A stretch of 61,558 nucleotides of DNA from Gammaproteobacteria bacterium. Its GTDB lineage: Bacteria > Pseudomonadota > Gammaproteobacteria > Natronospirales > JAJUFS01. Shown in pieces: positions 44,073 through 52,661 of the stretch. The notes below the pieces were generated by a model that had not been told where the DNA came from, ran no database searches, and saw nothing but the letters and a program-made list of their open reading frames with translations. The position numbers were made by a program, and so were the translations under genes. The DNA lies in contig JAWWBS010000004.1 in the NCBI GenBank assembly GCA_033720895.1, positions 1 to 61,558 of the forward strand, written 5' to 3'. Numbering within the stretch: position 1 is the first letter of the stretch; every line of letters begins with the position of its first letter.

Positions 44073-44903
44073 ATGCTGAGTTATCGCCATGCCTTCCATG
44101 CAGGCAACCGTGCCGATTGTCACAAGCATGCGCAGCTTCACCATGTCCTGACCCGCCTGGCGGAAAAACCCAGGCCGATGTCCTTGATGGACGCCTTTGC
44201 CGGGGCCGGCGAGTATGCGCTGGAGTCCGAGGAGGCGCTGAAAACCGGCGAAGCCGCCAGCGGCATACGGGAACTGGCGGCTCGTGACGAAGCCGATGCC
44301 GCGCTCGCTCCCTACCTCGATGCGGTTCGACCCTGGCTGGCGCGGTCGGCGTACCCGGGTTCGCCGATGATCATGGCAAACGCCCTGCGCGAAGGCGACG
44401 AGCTGCAGCTGCTGGAACTGCATCCGCGTGATGTCGAACACTTGCGCCGATGCGCGCGCCAGCATCCGGCCGTGCATGTCCACCAGCGCGATGCCCGCGA
44501 GGGTGTGAAGGGCCTGCTGCCCATGCAGCATCGTCGCGGCCTGGTCTTGCTGGATCCGCCGTATGAACGCCTCGACGAATACCAGGAGGTGGTCGCGCTG
44601 CTGGAGGCCGTCGAGGCACGTTGGCCACAGGCCGTGCTGGGACTCTGGTATCCTCTGCTGGCCGATCCGGCCCGGGACCGTGCTCGCCAGGCCATGCTGG
44701 ACGGTATCGCGGCATCCGGGCTGCGCCGGGTCTACCGCCAGGAGCTGGTATTCGACCCGGATGCGCATGGACTGAGGGGCAGTGGCATGCTCTGGCTGCG
44801 GCCGCCCTGGCAGGCCGAGCAGGCCTTTGCGGCGATCGGCGCGGGCTTGCTGGCGGTCTTCGGTGGCCAGCGCGGGGCAGAAGGCTGGCTGGTCGAGGAA
44901 TGA
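44073..44903 (+). CDS. rlmJ: 23S rRNA (adenine2030-N6)-methyltransferase
   Basis: ORF 44013 trimmed to MLSYRHAFHAGNRADCHKH..., the hallmark RlmJ N-terminus. DPPYE motif present as LLDPPYE. Confidence 0.9.
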   Translation: MLSYRHAFHAGNRADCHKHAQLHHVLTRLAEKPRPMSLMDAFAGAGEYALESEEALKTGEAASGIRELAARDEADAALAPYLDAVRPWLARSAYPGSPMIMANALREGDELQLLELHPRDVEHLRRCARQHPAVHVHQRDAREGVKGLLPMQHRRGLVLLDPPYERLDEYQEVVALLEAVEARWPQAVLGLWYPLLADPARDRARQAMLDGIAASGLRRVYRQELVFDPDAHGLRGSGMLWLRPPWQAEQAFAAIGAGLLAVFGGQRGAEGWLVEE

Positions 44904-45056
44904 TGGACGGTCGCCAGTCCGGATAATGGCCGCATTGGTCGGGATTTGCCCGATGAAACATGAAAAGATGGCGGTCTTGAACAATGCTTGGGGGGCGGCA
45001 ACGCTGCTGCGCCAGAGGACGGGAACGGTCATGACGACCGTGGCAGGAAACAGGGG

Positions 45057-45350
45057 ATGACCAACTACATCTACAACGAAGACGGCGATGCAGTCGGCTT
45101 CTGGGAAGATCACCTGATCTTTTCCATGCAGGGCACGCCGGTGGGCCAGCTCAACGGCCCGAGCGTGCATCGCCTGACGGGCGAATACGTGGGCGAGCTT
45201 TACGAGGACATGGTGGTGGATCGCTATTTCGAGGACATCGAGCGCATCCCGCCGACCATGGTGCGCCGGGCCGACCCGGCCAGCAATCCGGGCAACCGGG
45301 GCCAGCAATCCTATGGTTACCCGGACGTGTTTGAAGAATTGCTGACCTGA
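45057..45350 (+). CDS. small hypothetical protein, possibly '4-fold beta flower' family
   Basis: ORF 44988 trimmed to ATG at 45057, after AGGAAACAGGGG. Repeated short beta-hairpin-like units (IYNEDGDAVGFWED / IFSMQGTPVGQLNG / VHRLTGEYVGELYED). The family assignment is from memory only. Confidence 0.5.
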   Translation: MTNYIYNEDGDAVGFWEDHLIFSMQGTPVGQLNGPSVHRLTGEYVGELYEDMVVDRYFEDIERIPPTMVRRADPASNPGNRGQQSYGYPDVFEELLT

Positions 45351-45366
45351 TCGCCGGACCATGCAT

Positions 45367-45396
45367 GAAAAAAGCCGGGCATCGCCCGGCTTTTTT
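45367..45396. terminator. bidirectional rho-independent terminator
   Basis: AAAAAAA-GCCGGGC-ATC-GCCCGGC-TTTTTT, between the convergent small gene and pepQ. Confidence 0.8.
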
Positions 45397-45413
45397 GTCG
45401 GTTGCTTTGCTTG

Positions 45414-46757
45414 TCAGCGACCTTCGGCGTTGAAGGCTTCGCGGGTCAGGTTGTCATGACCGTCCGCCGTGACATGGATGTTGTCCTCGATGCGAATGCC
45501 ACCAAAGGGCATGAAGGCGCGAACCCGGTCCCAGTTGACCAGCTTGCCGCCGCTGCCGCTCTTCAGGTCGTCGAGCAGCGACGGGATGAAGTACAGGCCC
45601 GGTTCGATGGTGAACACCTGGTCGACATCGATATCACGGGTCAGGCGCAGGAACGGATGGTCGGCCGGGCGATCAATGGTGCCGCCACTGGCGCTGGCCT
45701 GGAGGCCACCCACGTCATGCACCTGCAGGCCGAGGAAGTGCCCGAGGCCGTGCGGGAAAAAGGCCCGCGTGACGCCGTCAGCCAGCAAGGCTTCGCTGCT
45801 GCCCTCGGCAAGGCCGAACTCGTTCAGCACGTCGGCCAGCTTGCGGTGGGTTCCGACATGCAGCTCGGCGTAGTCGAGTCCCGGTGCGATCTCGTCACAG
45901 ATCGCTTTTTGCAGCACATGCATGCGATCGATCAGCTCGGCAAATTCGTTCTTGCCGCTGGCATAGGTGCGAGTGATGTCCGAGTTGTAACCGTTGTGCA
46001 CGCAGCCGGCATCGATCAGGAAGGACCGGTGTTCGCTGGGCGCTTCGCGTGACTGGTACTGGTAATGCAGGATCGCGGCATGTTCATTCAGCGCAACGAT
46101 GTTGCCGTAGGGAAGCTGGTGCTCGTTGTGCTCGCCACCTTCCAGGTAGGCCATGTGGATGTCGAATTCCGATGCGCCGTTGCGGAAGGCCGCTTCGGCG
46201 GCCATGTGGGCGCGTGCGGCAACCCGGTTGGCCTGGCGCAGGCATTCGATCTCGTAGCCGGTCTTCCAGGCGCGCTGGTAATGAAGGTGGTTGATCAGGC
46301 CCTCGGGATTGACCGATCCGACGCCCCATTCCTCGGTCAGCGGGTGCGGTTCGCCCAGCCAGGCAGTGCGCGACAGGTCGGCGGGCAGTAACGATACCGC
46401 CTCATCCAGCTTGGCGACCGGGTGGATGTCGAAGTGGTCCGTCCAGAAGTCTTCCGGCACCGGGTGGGTCTTGTGCCAGAAATCCACCGGCGAGTAGAAC
46501 GCCAGCTTCGGCTTTTCGCCCGGCGTGATCACCAGCAGGCTGTTCGGGTTGTTCGTGACCGGCACCCAGTACTTGAACAGCGGGTTCACCACGAAGGGGT
46601 AGGTGTAGTCGTCCAGGAAGGCAACGTGCAGGCTGCCGCTGGGTATCAGCAAGTGATCGATATCCGCCGCCTCCATGGCGTCGCGGTGGCGCGACTGCAG
46701 CGTGCGGAAGTGTTCGGCGTAGGGTGACTGCATATCGTGGCTGATGTCGTGGCTCAT
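45414..46757 (-). CDS. pepQ: Xaa-Pro dipeptidase
   Basis: ORF trimmed to MSHDISHDMQSPYAEHF.... M24B metal ligands are present (FLIDAGC...YNSDITRT, HGLGHFLGLQVHD, EPGLY, IRIED). Confidence 0.9.
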   Translation of the reverse strand: MSHDISHDMQSPYAEHFRTLQSRHRDAMEAADIDHLLIPSGSLHVAFLDDYTYPFVVNPLFKYWVPVTNNPNSLLVITPGEKPKLAFYSPVDFWHKTHPVPEDFWTDHFDIHPVAKLDEAVSLLPADLSRTAWLGEPHPLTEEWGVGSVNPEGLINHLHYQRAWKTGYEIECLRQANRVAARAHMAAEAAFRNGASEFDIHMAYLEGGEHNEHQLPYGNIVALNEHAAILHYQYQSREAPSEHRSFLIDAGCVHNGYNSDITRTYASGKNEFAELIDRMHVLQKAICDEIAPGLDYAELHVGTHRKLADVLNEFGLAEGSSEALLADGVTRAFFPHGLGHFLGLQVHDVGGLQASASGGTIDRPADHPFLRLTRDIDVDQVFTIEPGLYFIPSLLDDLKSGSGGKLVNWDRVRAFMPFGGIRIEDNIHVTADGHDNLTREAFNAEGR

Positions 46758-46974
46758 GATCGTTCCGTTCGAAAGGGGCTGTAGGGCGGTGGCAGAGCAT
46801 AACCTGCCGGCCCGCACTCCGCCAAAGCCCGGGGCAAGCGGGCATGGCCCACAGTTTGGGCTCGCAGTGCTTGAAATGCGCAGGCCGCCCGCCGAATATG
46901 GTCGGCCACAGGGGGGCTGTCCTTGCCAATGCGCGATGCGGCCGGTTCAGTACATGCAAAGGCAGTAATATAAC

Positions 46975-49440
46975 GTGTCCGACTTCGGTAATCCGACCCA
47001 ACCATTCTGGCGTCGCATGAGCCTGCGCAGTCTGCTGCCGGTGTTCTTGCTGGCCCTTGCCGGCCTGCTGGAGTTTTCCGGCATCACCCCGGCTGCCGAG
47101 CGCAGCGCCTACGCAACCGGCATGCAGATTTCCGCCAATCGCCGCCCCTCCGAGCGGCTGGTCATCCTGAAGAGCGACCTGCCGGCGGCGGCGGGGCCGG
47201 AATTCCTGTCCTTGTTGCGGGCACTGCGGCACTCGGGTCCCGACCAGATTGCCGTGATTCCCGAATCATTCGATGCGGTCGACAGTGAAATCCTGGCGGC
47301 CCTTGATGCAGAGGCTGGCAAGGACTCGGTATCCGATCTGCGCCTCTGGCTCGACCCGGCAGCACGACGCTATGCCATGACCGGCACGGCGATGATCGTC
47401 GGCCTGCAGCATGCGGGCGAGTTCGACGCCGCCCCGCCGGAGCAGGTCGACAACCTGGTTCGCTGGGAACTGCGCAAGCCGCTCGACAGCCGTCCTGGCT
47501 GGTTGCCGTCGACGTTCCGCCAGCCGCGCAGCATGCCGGGCGTGCCCTTGCTGGACTGGCTCGGCGGCCCCCAGCCGCCGGTGGTCAAACCGGCGGCCGT
47601 GCACCCGGCCTGGCTGGACCAGGTGGCTGGCGTGGCGATGTTGCCACCGGAAACGAACCCGGTGACCCAGCCCCTGGTGGTGTCGGTGGAAGGCCATTGG
47701 CTGCCAACCCTGCCGTTGTGGCTGGCGGCCGCGGTCGGCAACGTGCCGCTGGAACGCATCACCATCAGCGACTCCGGCGAGTTGCTGCTGGGTGAGCAGG
47801 CGCTGCCGGTCGATGCGGCCTTGCGCGCCTGGCCGTATTTCTACGCCGATGGCGTGACCGAGGTGTCGGCCGCGGACGTGCGCTCCGGCAACGCCGACCT
47901 GCGTGGCAAGATCGTGCTGGTGTCGCTGGACGACAGGCTCAGCATCGAAACGCCGCTCGGACCCATGTCCTTGCCGCAGGTCATCATGCAGACGGCAGCC
48001 AGCCTGCGCGCGGGCGACCTCTATCGCCGGCCGGCCGGTTCGCCAGCGTGGTCGATACTGGCCTGGTTGCTGGTATTTGCCTGGCTGGCCTTCATCGTGC
48101 CGCGCATCGACATGCGACTGGCCGCCGTCGGCACGCTGGTCATGCTGCTGCTGGGCCTGAACATCGAATTCATCCTGCTGATTTCGCAATCGCTCTGGGT
48201 GCCACTGGCCGGCGCCTTGTTGTACCTGATGTCCGGCCATGCGCTGGCGATTGCGGTGATGGGCTGGCAGCAGCAGCTGCGGGCTCGCGGGCGCGAGCTG
48301 GAGGAGACCCGGCTGGCGCTGGCGGTATCCAAGCGTGAGCAGGGCCACCTGGAAGCCGCGTTCGAGACATTGCAGCATTGTGGACGGTCCCGGCAGGTCA
48401 TGCGCGAACTGCATGCACTGGGGCTGGATTACGAGCGCAAGCGGCATGTCGCGCGGGCGCTGGCCGTGTTCCGTCACCTGGCAGTCCTGTCTGGTGGATC
48501 GCCGGACATCGACAAGCGGATTGCGCGTCTCGAGGAAGCCGAGGCGCAGCGCCTCGGGTCGCGCAACAGCAGTCCGCTGGCCACCGTGCCGACCGATGGC
48601 AGTGCGGTCAAACCCCGTATCGGTCGCTTCGATATCGAGAAGGAGCTGGGTCGCGGCGCAGCCGGTGTTGTCTACCTCGGCCGTGACGCCCGCATCGGTC
48701 GACGGGTCGCGGTCAAGACCCTAGCCCTGCACGAGGAGTACAGCGGCAGCGAACTGATCGATGCCAAGCGCCGGTTTTTCCGCGAGGCGGAAGCCGCCGG
48801 CCGCCTGAGCCATCCCAGCATCGTCACCATTTACGATGTCGGCGAGGAGGAAGACCTGGCCTACATCGCCATGGATTACATGCGCGGCGAGCCGCTGTCC
48901 ACGCATACCCGTGAAGGCAAGTTGCTGCCGGTCGAGGAGGTCATCGATATCGGCATCAATGTGGCCGATGCCCTGCATTACGCGCATGACGAAGGCGTGG
49001 TGCATCGCGATGTGAAGCCGGCGAACATTGTCTTCACCGGCGAGGGCCGCGAGCTCAAGGTGACCGATTTCGGCGTTGCCCACCTGGTCGATGCCAGCAG
49101 CACCAAGACGGGCACCATTCTCGGCAGCCCTTCCTTCATGTCTCCCGAGCAGGTCTCCGGGCACCGCGTCGACGGCCGTTCCGACCTCTGGTCACTGGGC
49201 GTGACGCTTTACCAGTTGCTCAGCGGGCACCTGCCGTTCACCGGCGAACCGATGGCGACGTTGATGTTCCGCATTGCCAACGAGGAGCCGAATGACATTC
49301 GTGGCTGGCGTCCGGAGCTCGCTGCCGACATCGTGGCCGTGCTCGAGAAAGCCTTGCAGAAAAAACCGGGCGACCGCTTCCAGTCGGGTCGGGAAATGGC
49401 CGAAGCACTGCGGGCCTGCAAGCAGGAACCCGCCGCGTGA
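46975..49440 (+). CDS. CHASE2-domain membrane sensor fused to a Hanks-type Ser/Thr protein kinase
   Basis: N-terminal TM helix, an extracytoplasmic domain of about 330 aa with CHASE2-like features (GKIVLVSLDD...TPLGPMSL...), three TM helices, and a helical/TPR-like linker. Kinase motifs: GRGAAGVVY, VAVK, HRDVKPANI, DFG, SPEQ. GTG start; the ATG at 47017 is an alternative. Confidence 0.85.
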   Translation: MSDFGNPTQPFWRRMSLRSLLPVFLLALAGLLEFSGITPAAERSAYATGMQISANRRPSERLVILKSDLPAAAGPEFLSLLRALRHSGPDQIAVIPESFDAVDSEILAALDAEAGKDSVSDLRLWLDPAARRYAMTGTAMIVGLQHAGEFDAAPPEQVDNLVRWELRKPLDSRPGWLPSTFRQPRSMPGVPLLDWLGGPQPPVVKPAAVHPAWLDQVAGVAMLPPETNPVTQPLVVSVEGHWLPTLPLWLAAAVGNVPLERITISDSGELLLGEQALPVDAALRAWPYFYADGVTEVSAADVRSGNADLRGKIVLVSLDDRLSIETPLGPMSLPQVIMQTAASLRAGDLYRRPAGSPAWSILAWLLVFAWLAFIVPRIDMRLAAVGTLVMLLLGLNIEFILLISQSLWVPLAGALLYLMSGHALAIAVMGWQQQLRARGRELEETRLALAVSKREQGHLEAAFETLQHCGRSRQVMRELHALGLDYERKRHVARALAVFRHLAVLSGGSPDIDKRIARLEEAEAQRLGSRNSSPLATVPTDGSAVKPRIGRFDIEKELGRGAAGVVYLGRDARIGRRVAVKTLALHEEYSGSELIDAKRRFFREAEAAGRLSHPSIVTIYDVGEEEDLAYIAMDYMRGEPLSTHTREGKLLPVEEVIDIGINVADALHYAHDEGVVHRDVKPANIVFTGEGRELKVTDFGVAHLVDASSTKTGTILGSPSFMSPEQVSGHRVDGRSDLWSLGVTLYQLLSGHLPFTGEPMATLMFRIANEEPNDIRGWRPELAADIVAVLEKALQKKPGDRFQSGREMAEALRACKQEPAA

Positions 49441-50255
49441 GTTCGAAAGCTGCCAGCGACAGGCTGCCGATCGGCCTGTTCGATTCCGGCGTGGGCGGGT
49501 TGACCGTGCTCAAGGCCTTGCAGGCCGAACTGCCTGGCGAGTCCTATCTCTATCTCGGCGATACCGCCCGCGTGCCGTACGGCACGCGTTCGCCCGAAAC
49601 GGTCAGTCGCTACGCGGTGCAGGCCACCGAGCTGTTGATTGAACGCGGCATCAAGGCGCTGGTCGTGGCCTGCAACACGGCGTCGGCTTTTGCGCTGGAG
49701 GCCATCCGCGACGCGCATCCCGAGTTGCCGGTGTTCGGTGTCATCCAGCCAGGGGCACAGGCCGCCGTTGCCGCCAGCGAGCGCGGTCACATCGCAGTCA
49801 TCGCCACCGAGGGCACGGTGCGCGGTGGTGCCTACCAGTCGGCCATCCACGCGCTGGCGCCCGACACCGAGGTCAGCGCGCTGGCCTGTCCCATGCTGGT
49901 CGCGCTGGCCGAGGAGGGCTGGACCGATGGCGATATCGTCACGGCCATCCTGCGCCGTTACCTCGACCCGCTGTTCGCGGCCCCCGCTGCCGATACCCTG
50001 GTGCTCGGTTGCACGCATTTCCCGGTACTCGGAGACAGCATTCGCGCCGTCGTGCCCGACAACGTGAAACTGGTCGATTCAGCCGCAACCACAGCCAGCG
50101 TGGTCGCCGCGGCCCTGCGGCAACGCGCTGTGGAGGAAAGCGCCGGGCAGCACTTCCTGGTTACCGACAATGTCGAACGGTTTCGCCAGAGTGCCTTGCA
50201 ATTCCTCGGCCGCGAGCTGGCGCCGGAGTCGATAGAACTGGTCGATATCCGGTAA
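49437..50255 (+). CDS. murI: glutamate racemase
   Basis: FDSGVGGLTV, VVACNTAS, LGCTHFP. The GTG start overlaps the kinase stop (GTGA). Confidence 0.9.
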   Translation: MSSKAASDRLPIGLFDSGVGGLTVLKALQAELPGESYLYLGDTARVPYGTRSPETVSRYAVQATELLIERGIKALVVACNTASAFALEAIRDAHPELPVFGVIQPGAQAAVAASERGHIAVIATEGTVRGGAYQSAIHALAPDTEVSALACPMLVALAEEGWTDGDIVTAILRRYLDPLFAAPAADTLVLGCTHFPVLGDSIRAVVPDNVKLVDSAATTASVVAAALRQRAVEESAGQHFLVTDNVERFRQSALQFLGRELAPESIELVDIR

Positions 50256-50291
50256 GCTGGCTGTCCCTGGCCACCAAGGATTCCCGTTTCG

Positions 50292-51296
50292 ATGCCGGAC
50301 GCAATCGATCTACGCAGCGACACTGTCACCCGACCCACTGCCGCCATGAAGCAGGCCATGCTGGAGGCCGAGCTGGGTGATGACGTGTTCGGTGACGACC
50401 CCACCGTGAACGCCCTGGAGGCGAAAGCCGCGGCGCTCGCCGGCAAGGCTGCGGGCCTGTTCCTGCCCACCGGCACGCAATCGAACCTGGTCGGCCTGCT
50501 CGCGCATTGCCAGCGCGGTGACGAATACATTGTCGGCCAGCAGGCGCATGCGTACTGCTGGGAAGGCGGTGGCGCTGCCGTGCTGGGCGGCATCCAGCCA
50601 CAGCCGCTGGAACAGGATGCGCGTGGCTGCATGTCACTGGCGGCCATTGCCGCGGCCGTGAAACCGGATGATTCACATTTTGCGCGCACCCGGCTGCTGG
50701 CGCTGGAAAACACCTGGGGTGGCCGCGCGCTGGATGCCCGATACCTTGACGATGCGACGAGCGTCGCCCGCCAGCATGGCCTCGCCACGCACCTCGACGG
50801 TGCGCGCGTGTTCAACGCCGTCATTGCCACCGGCCAGTCGCTGGCCGACATGGCAAGGGATTTCGACACGGTATCGATCTGCCTGTCCAAGGGCCTGGGT
50901 GCGCCGGCCGGCTCCGTGCTGGTCGGTTCGCAAGACCTGGTCGACAGCGCGCGTCGCTGGCGCAAGGTGACCGGTGGCGGCATGCGCCAGTCCGGCATGC
51001 TGGCCGCTGCAGGCATCCATGCGCTGGACAACCACGTGGACCGCCTGGCCGAGGATCATGCCCGCGCCGAGAAGCTTGCCACCGGCTTGCGCGGACTCGG
51101 TTATGACGTCGACGGCCCGGAAACCAACATGGTGTTCGTGACGCCCGGTGCGGCCGGCGACAGGTTGAAGACACTGGCAGAGGAACGCGGTATCCGCCTG
51201 CCGGCTGGCGAGCACATCCGCCTGGTGCTGCACCTTGATATCGATGATGCCGCGCTGGAGCAGGTGCTCGACCTGTTTGCCGCAGCGCGCGCCTGA
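50292..51296 (+). CDS. ltaE: low-specificity L-threonine aldolase
   Basis: IDLRSDTVTRPT...GDDVFGDDPTVN. PLP-lysine region ICLSKGLGAP. Confidence 0.9.
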   Translation: MPDAIDLRSDTVTRPTAAMKQAMLEAELGDDVFGDDPTVNALEAKAAALAGKAAGLFLPTGTQSNLVGLLAHCQRGDEYIVGQQAHAYCWEGGGAAVLGGIQPQPLEQDARGCMSLAAIAAAVKPDDSHFARTRLLALENTWGGRALDARYLDDATSVARQHGLATHLDGARVFNAVIATGQSLADMARDFDTVSICLSKGLGAPAGSVLVGSQDLVDSARRWRKVTGGGMRQSGMLAAAGIHALDNHVDRLAEDHARAEKLATGLRGLGYDVDGPETNMVFVTPGAAGDRLKTLAEERGIRLPAGEHIRLVLHLDIDDAALEQVLDLFAAARA

Positions 51297-51334
51297 CCCT
51301 GCACGACCGATACGAGACCAAACTGGAGAACGCC

Positions 51335-52657
51335 ATGCGCTGGATGTGCCTTTCACTGTTCCTGACCCTGCTGGTCGCTTGCTCGCCGGAGCCCGAACAG
51401 GCTGCTGCCGCGCAGGATGCAAGCAAGCTGGAAGCCACTGCGCCCGATGCATCCGTCGCGCCGCAAGATACCGTGCTGGCCAGCGGCAACTGGCGCATGG
51501 TCATCCAGCTGCCCGCTGCCGAACTGCCCGTGCAGATGGAGGTCATGCCGGGCACTGGCGACACGCCGCGGGTGTATTTCATCAATGGCGACGAGCGCGT
51601 GCAGGTCGAGGAAGTGCTGATCGATGGCCAGCAGGTGGAGCTGCGCATGAACTCCTTCAATACCTGGTACCGCGGCGAAGTCACGGATGGTGTCTACAGT
51701 GGCACCCTGTACAAGGTGAAGCTGGGTGCCACGCAGGAAATGCCGTTCACCGCATCCCACGGCGAGCGGCATCGGTTCTTCGAAACCTTCACCCGCCCGG
51801 AGATCGATGTCAGCGGTCGCTGGGAAGTGCGCTTCCATGGCGATGATGCCGACGAGGAAGACGACTTCACGGCCGTCGGCCTGTTCGAGCAGAACGGCTC
51901 CAGCCTGTCCGGCACGTTCCTGACCACGACCAGCGACTATCGTTTCCTGTCCGGCGCGGTGCGTGGCAACAAGCTCTACCTCTCGGCCTATGACGGTGCG
52001 CACGTGTTCTATTTCGATGCCGAGATGCAGGCAGACGGAACCCTGGCCGGCCGTTTCCTGTCCGGCACCGGCTGGAACGAAAAGTGGACGGCCTTTCGCA
52101 ATCCGGACGCCAGCCTCCCTGACATGGATACGCTGACCTACCTGAAGGAAGGTTACGATCGCTTCGATTTCAGTTTCCCGAACCTTGATGGCGAGATGGT
52201 GTCGCTGGATGATCCGCGTTTCCAGGACAAGGTTGTCGTGGTGCAGCTGGCCGGCACCTGGTGCCCGAACTGCGCGGACGAGACGCGCTTCCTGGCGCCC
52301 TGGTACAAGGAAAACCGTGATCGCGGTGTCGAAGTGGTCGGCCTGCTGTTCGAGCATTTCGAGGAATTCGAGCAGGCCGCCGCACAGGTGCGCACCTGGC
52401 GCGAGCGCTGGGACGTCGACTACCCGACCCTGGTCGCCGGCGTGTCCGACAAGTCGCAGGCCAGCGATGCCCTGCCGATGCTGAATGCCGTGCTGGCCTA
52501 CCCGACGACGATTTTCATCGGCCGTGACGGCGAAGTGGCACGCATTCACAACGGCTTCAACGGCCCGGCCACCGGCGAGCTTTACCAGGAAGAAATCCGC
52601 ACGTTCAATGCCACGGTCGACGAACTCCTGCAGGACGCCAAGGAAGAAAAGGACTGA
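51335..52657 (+). CDS. TlpA/redoxin-family thiol:disulfide oxidoreductase lipoprotein with a long N-terminal extension
   Basis: Lipobox LLVAC. C-terminal thioredoxin fold with WCPNC. The preceding roughly 270 aa are not recognisable to me. Confidence 0.8.
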   Translation: MRWMCLSLFLTLLVACSPEPEQAAAAQDASKLEATAPDASVAPQDTVLASGNWRMVIQLPAAELPVQMEVMPGTGDTPRVYFINGDERVQVEEVLIDGQQVELRMNSFNTWYRGEVTDGVYSGTLYKVKLGATQEMPFTASHGERHRFFETFTRPEIDVSGRWEVRFHGDDADEEDDFTAVGLFEQNGSSLSGTFLTTTSDYRFLSGAVRGNKLYLSAYDGAHVFYFDAEMQADGTLAGRFLSGTGWNEKWTAFRNPDASLPDMDTLTYLKEGYDRFDFSFPNLDGEMVSLDDPRFQDKVVVVQLAGTWCPNCADETRFLAPWYKENRDRGVEVVGLLFEHFEEFEQAAAQVRTWRERWDVDYPTLVAGVSDKSQASDALPMLNAVLAYPTTIFIGRDGEVARIHNGFNGPATGELYQEEIRTFNATVDELLQDAKEEKD

Positions 52658-52661
52658 CATC

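Noticed and set aside
43278-45362. 694-aa minus-strand ORF spanning four plus-strand genes and an intergenic gap
   Set aside because: It is antisense to the GNAT, PLDc_N, rlmJ and small repeat-protein genes and is Arg/Pro-rich. It would also run through a plus-strand terminator. I treat it as a high-GC artefact.
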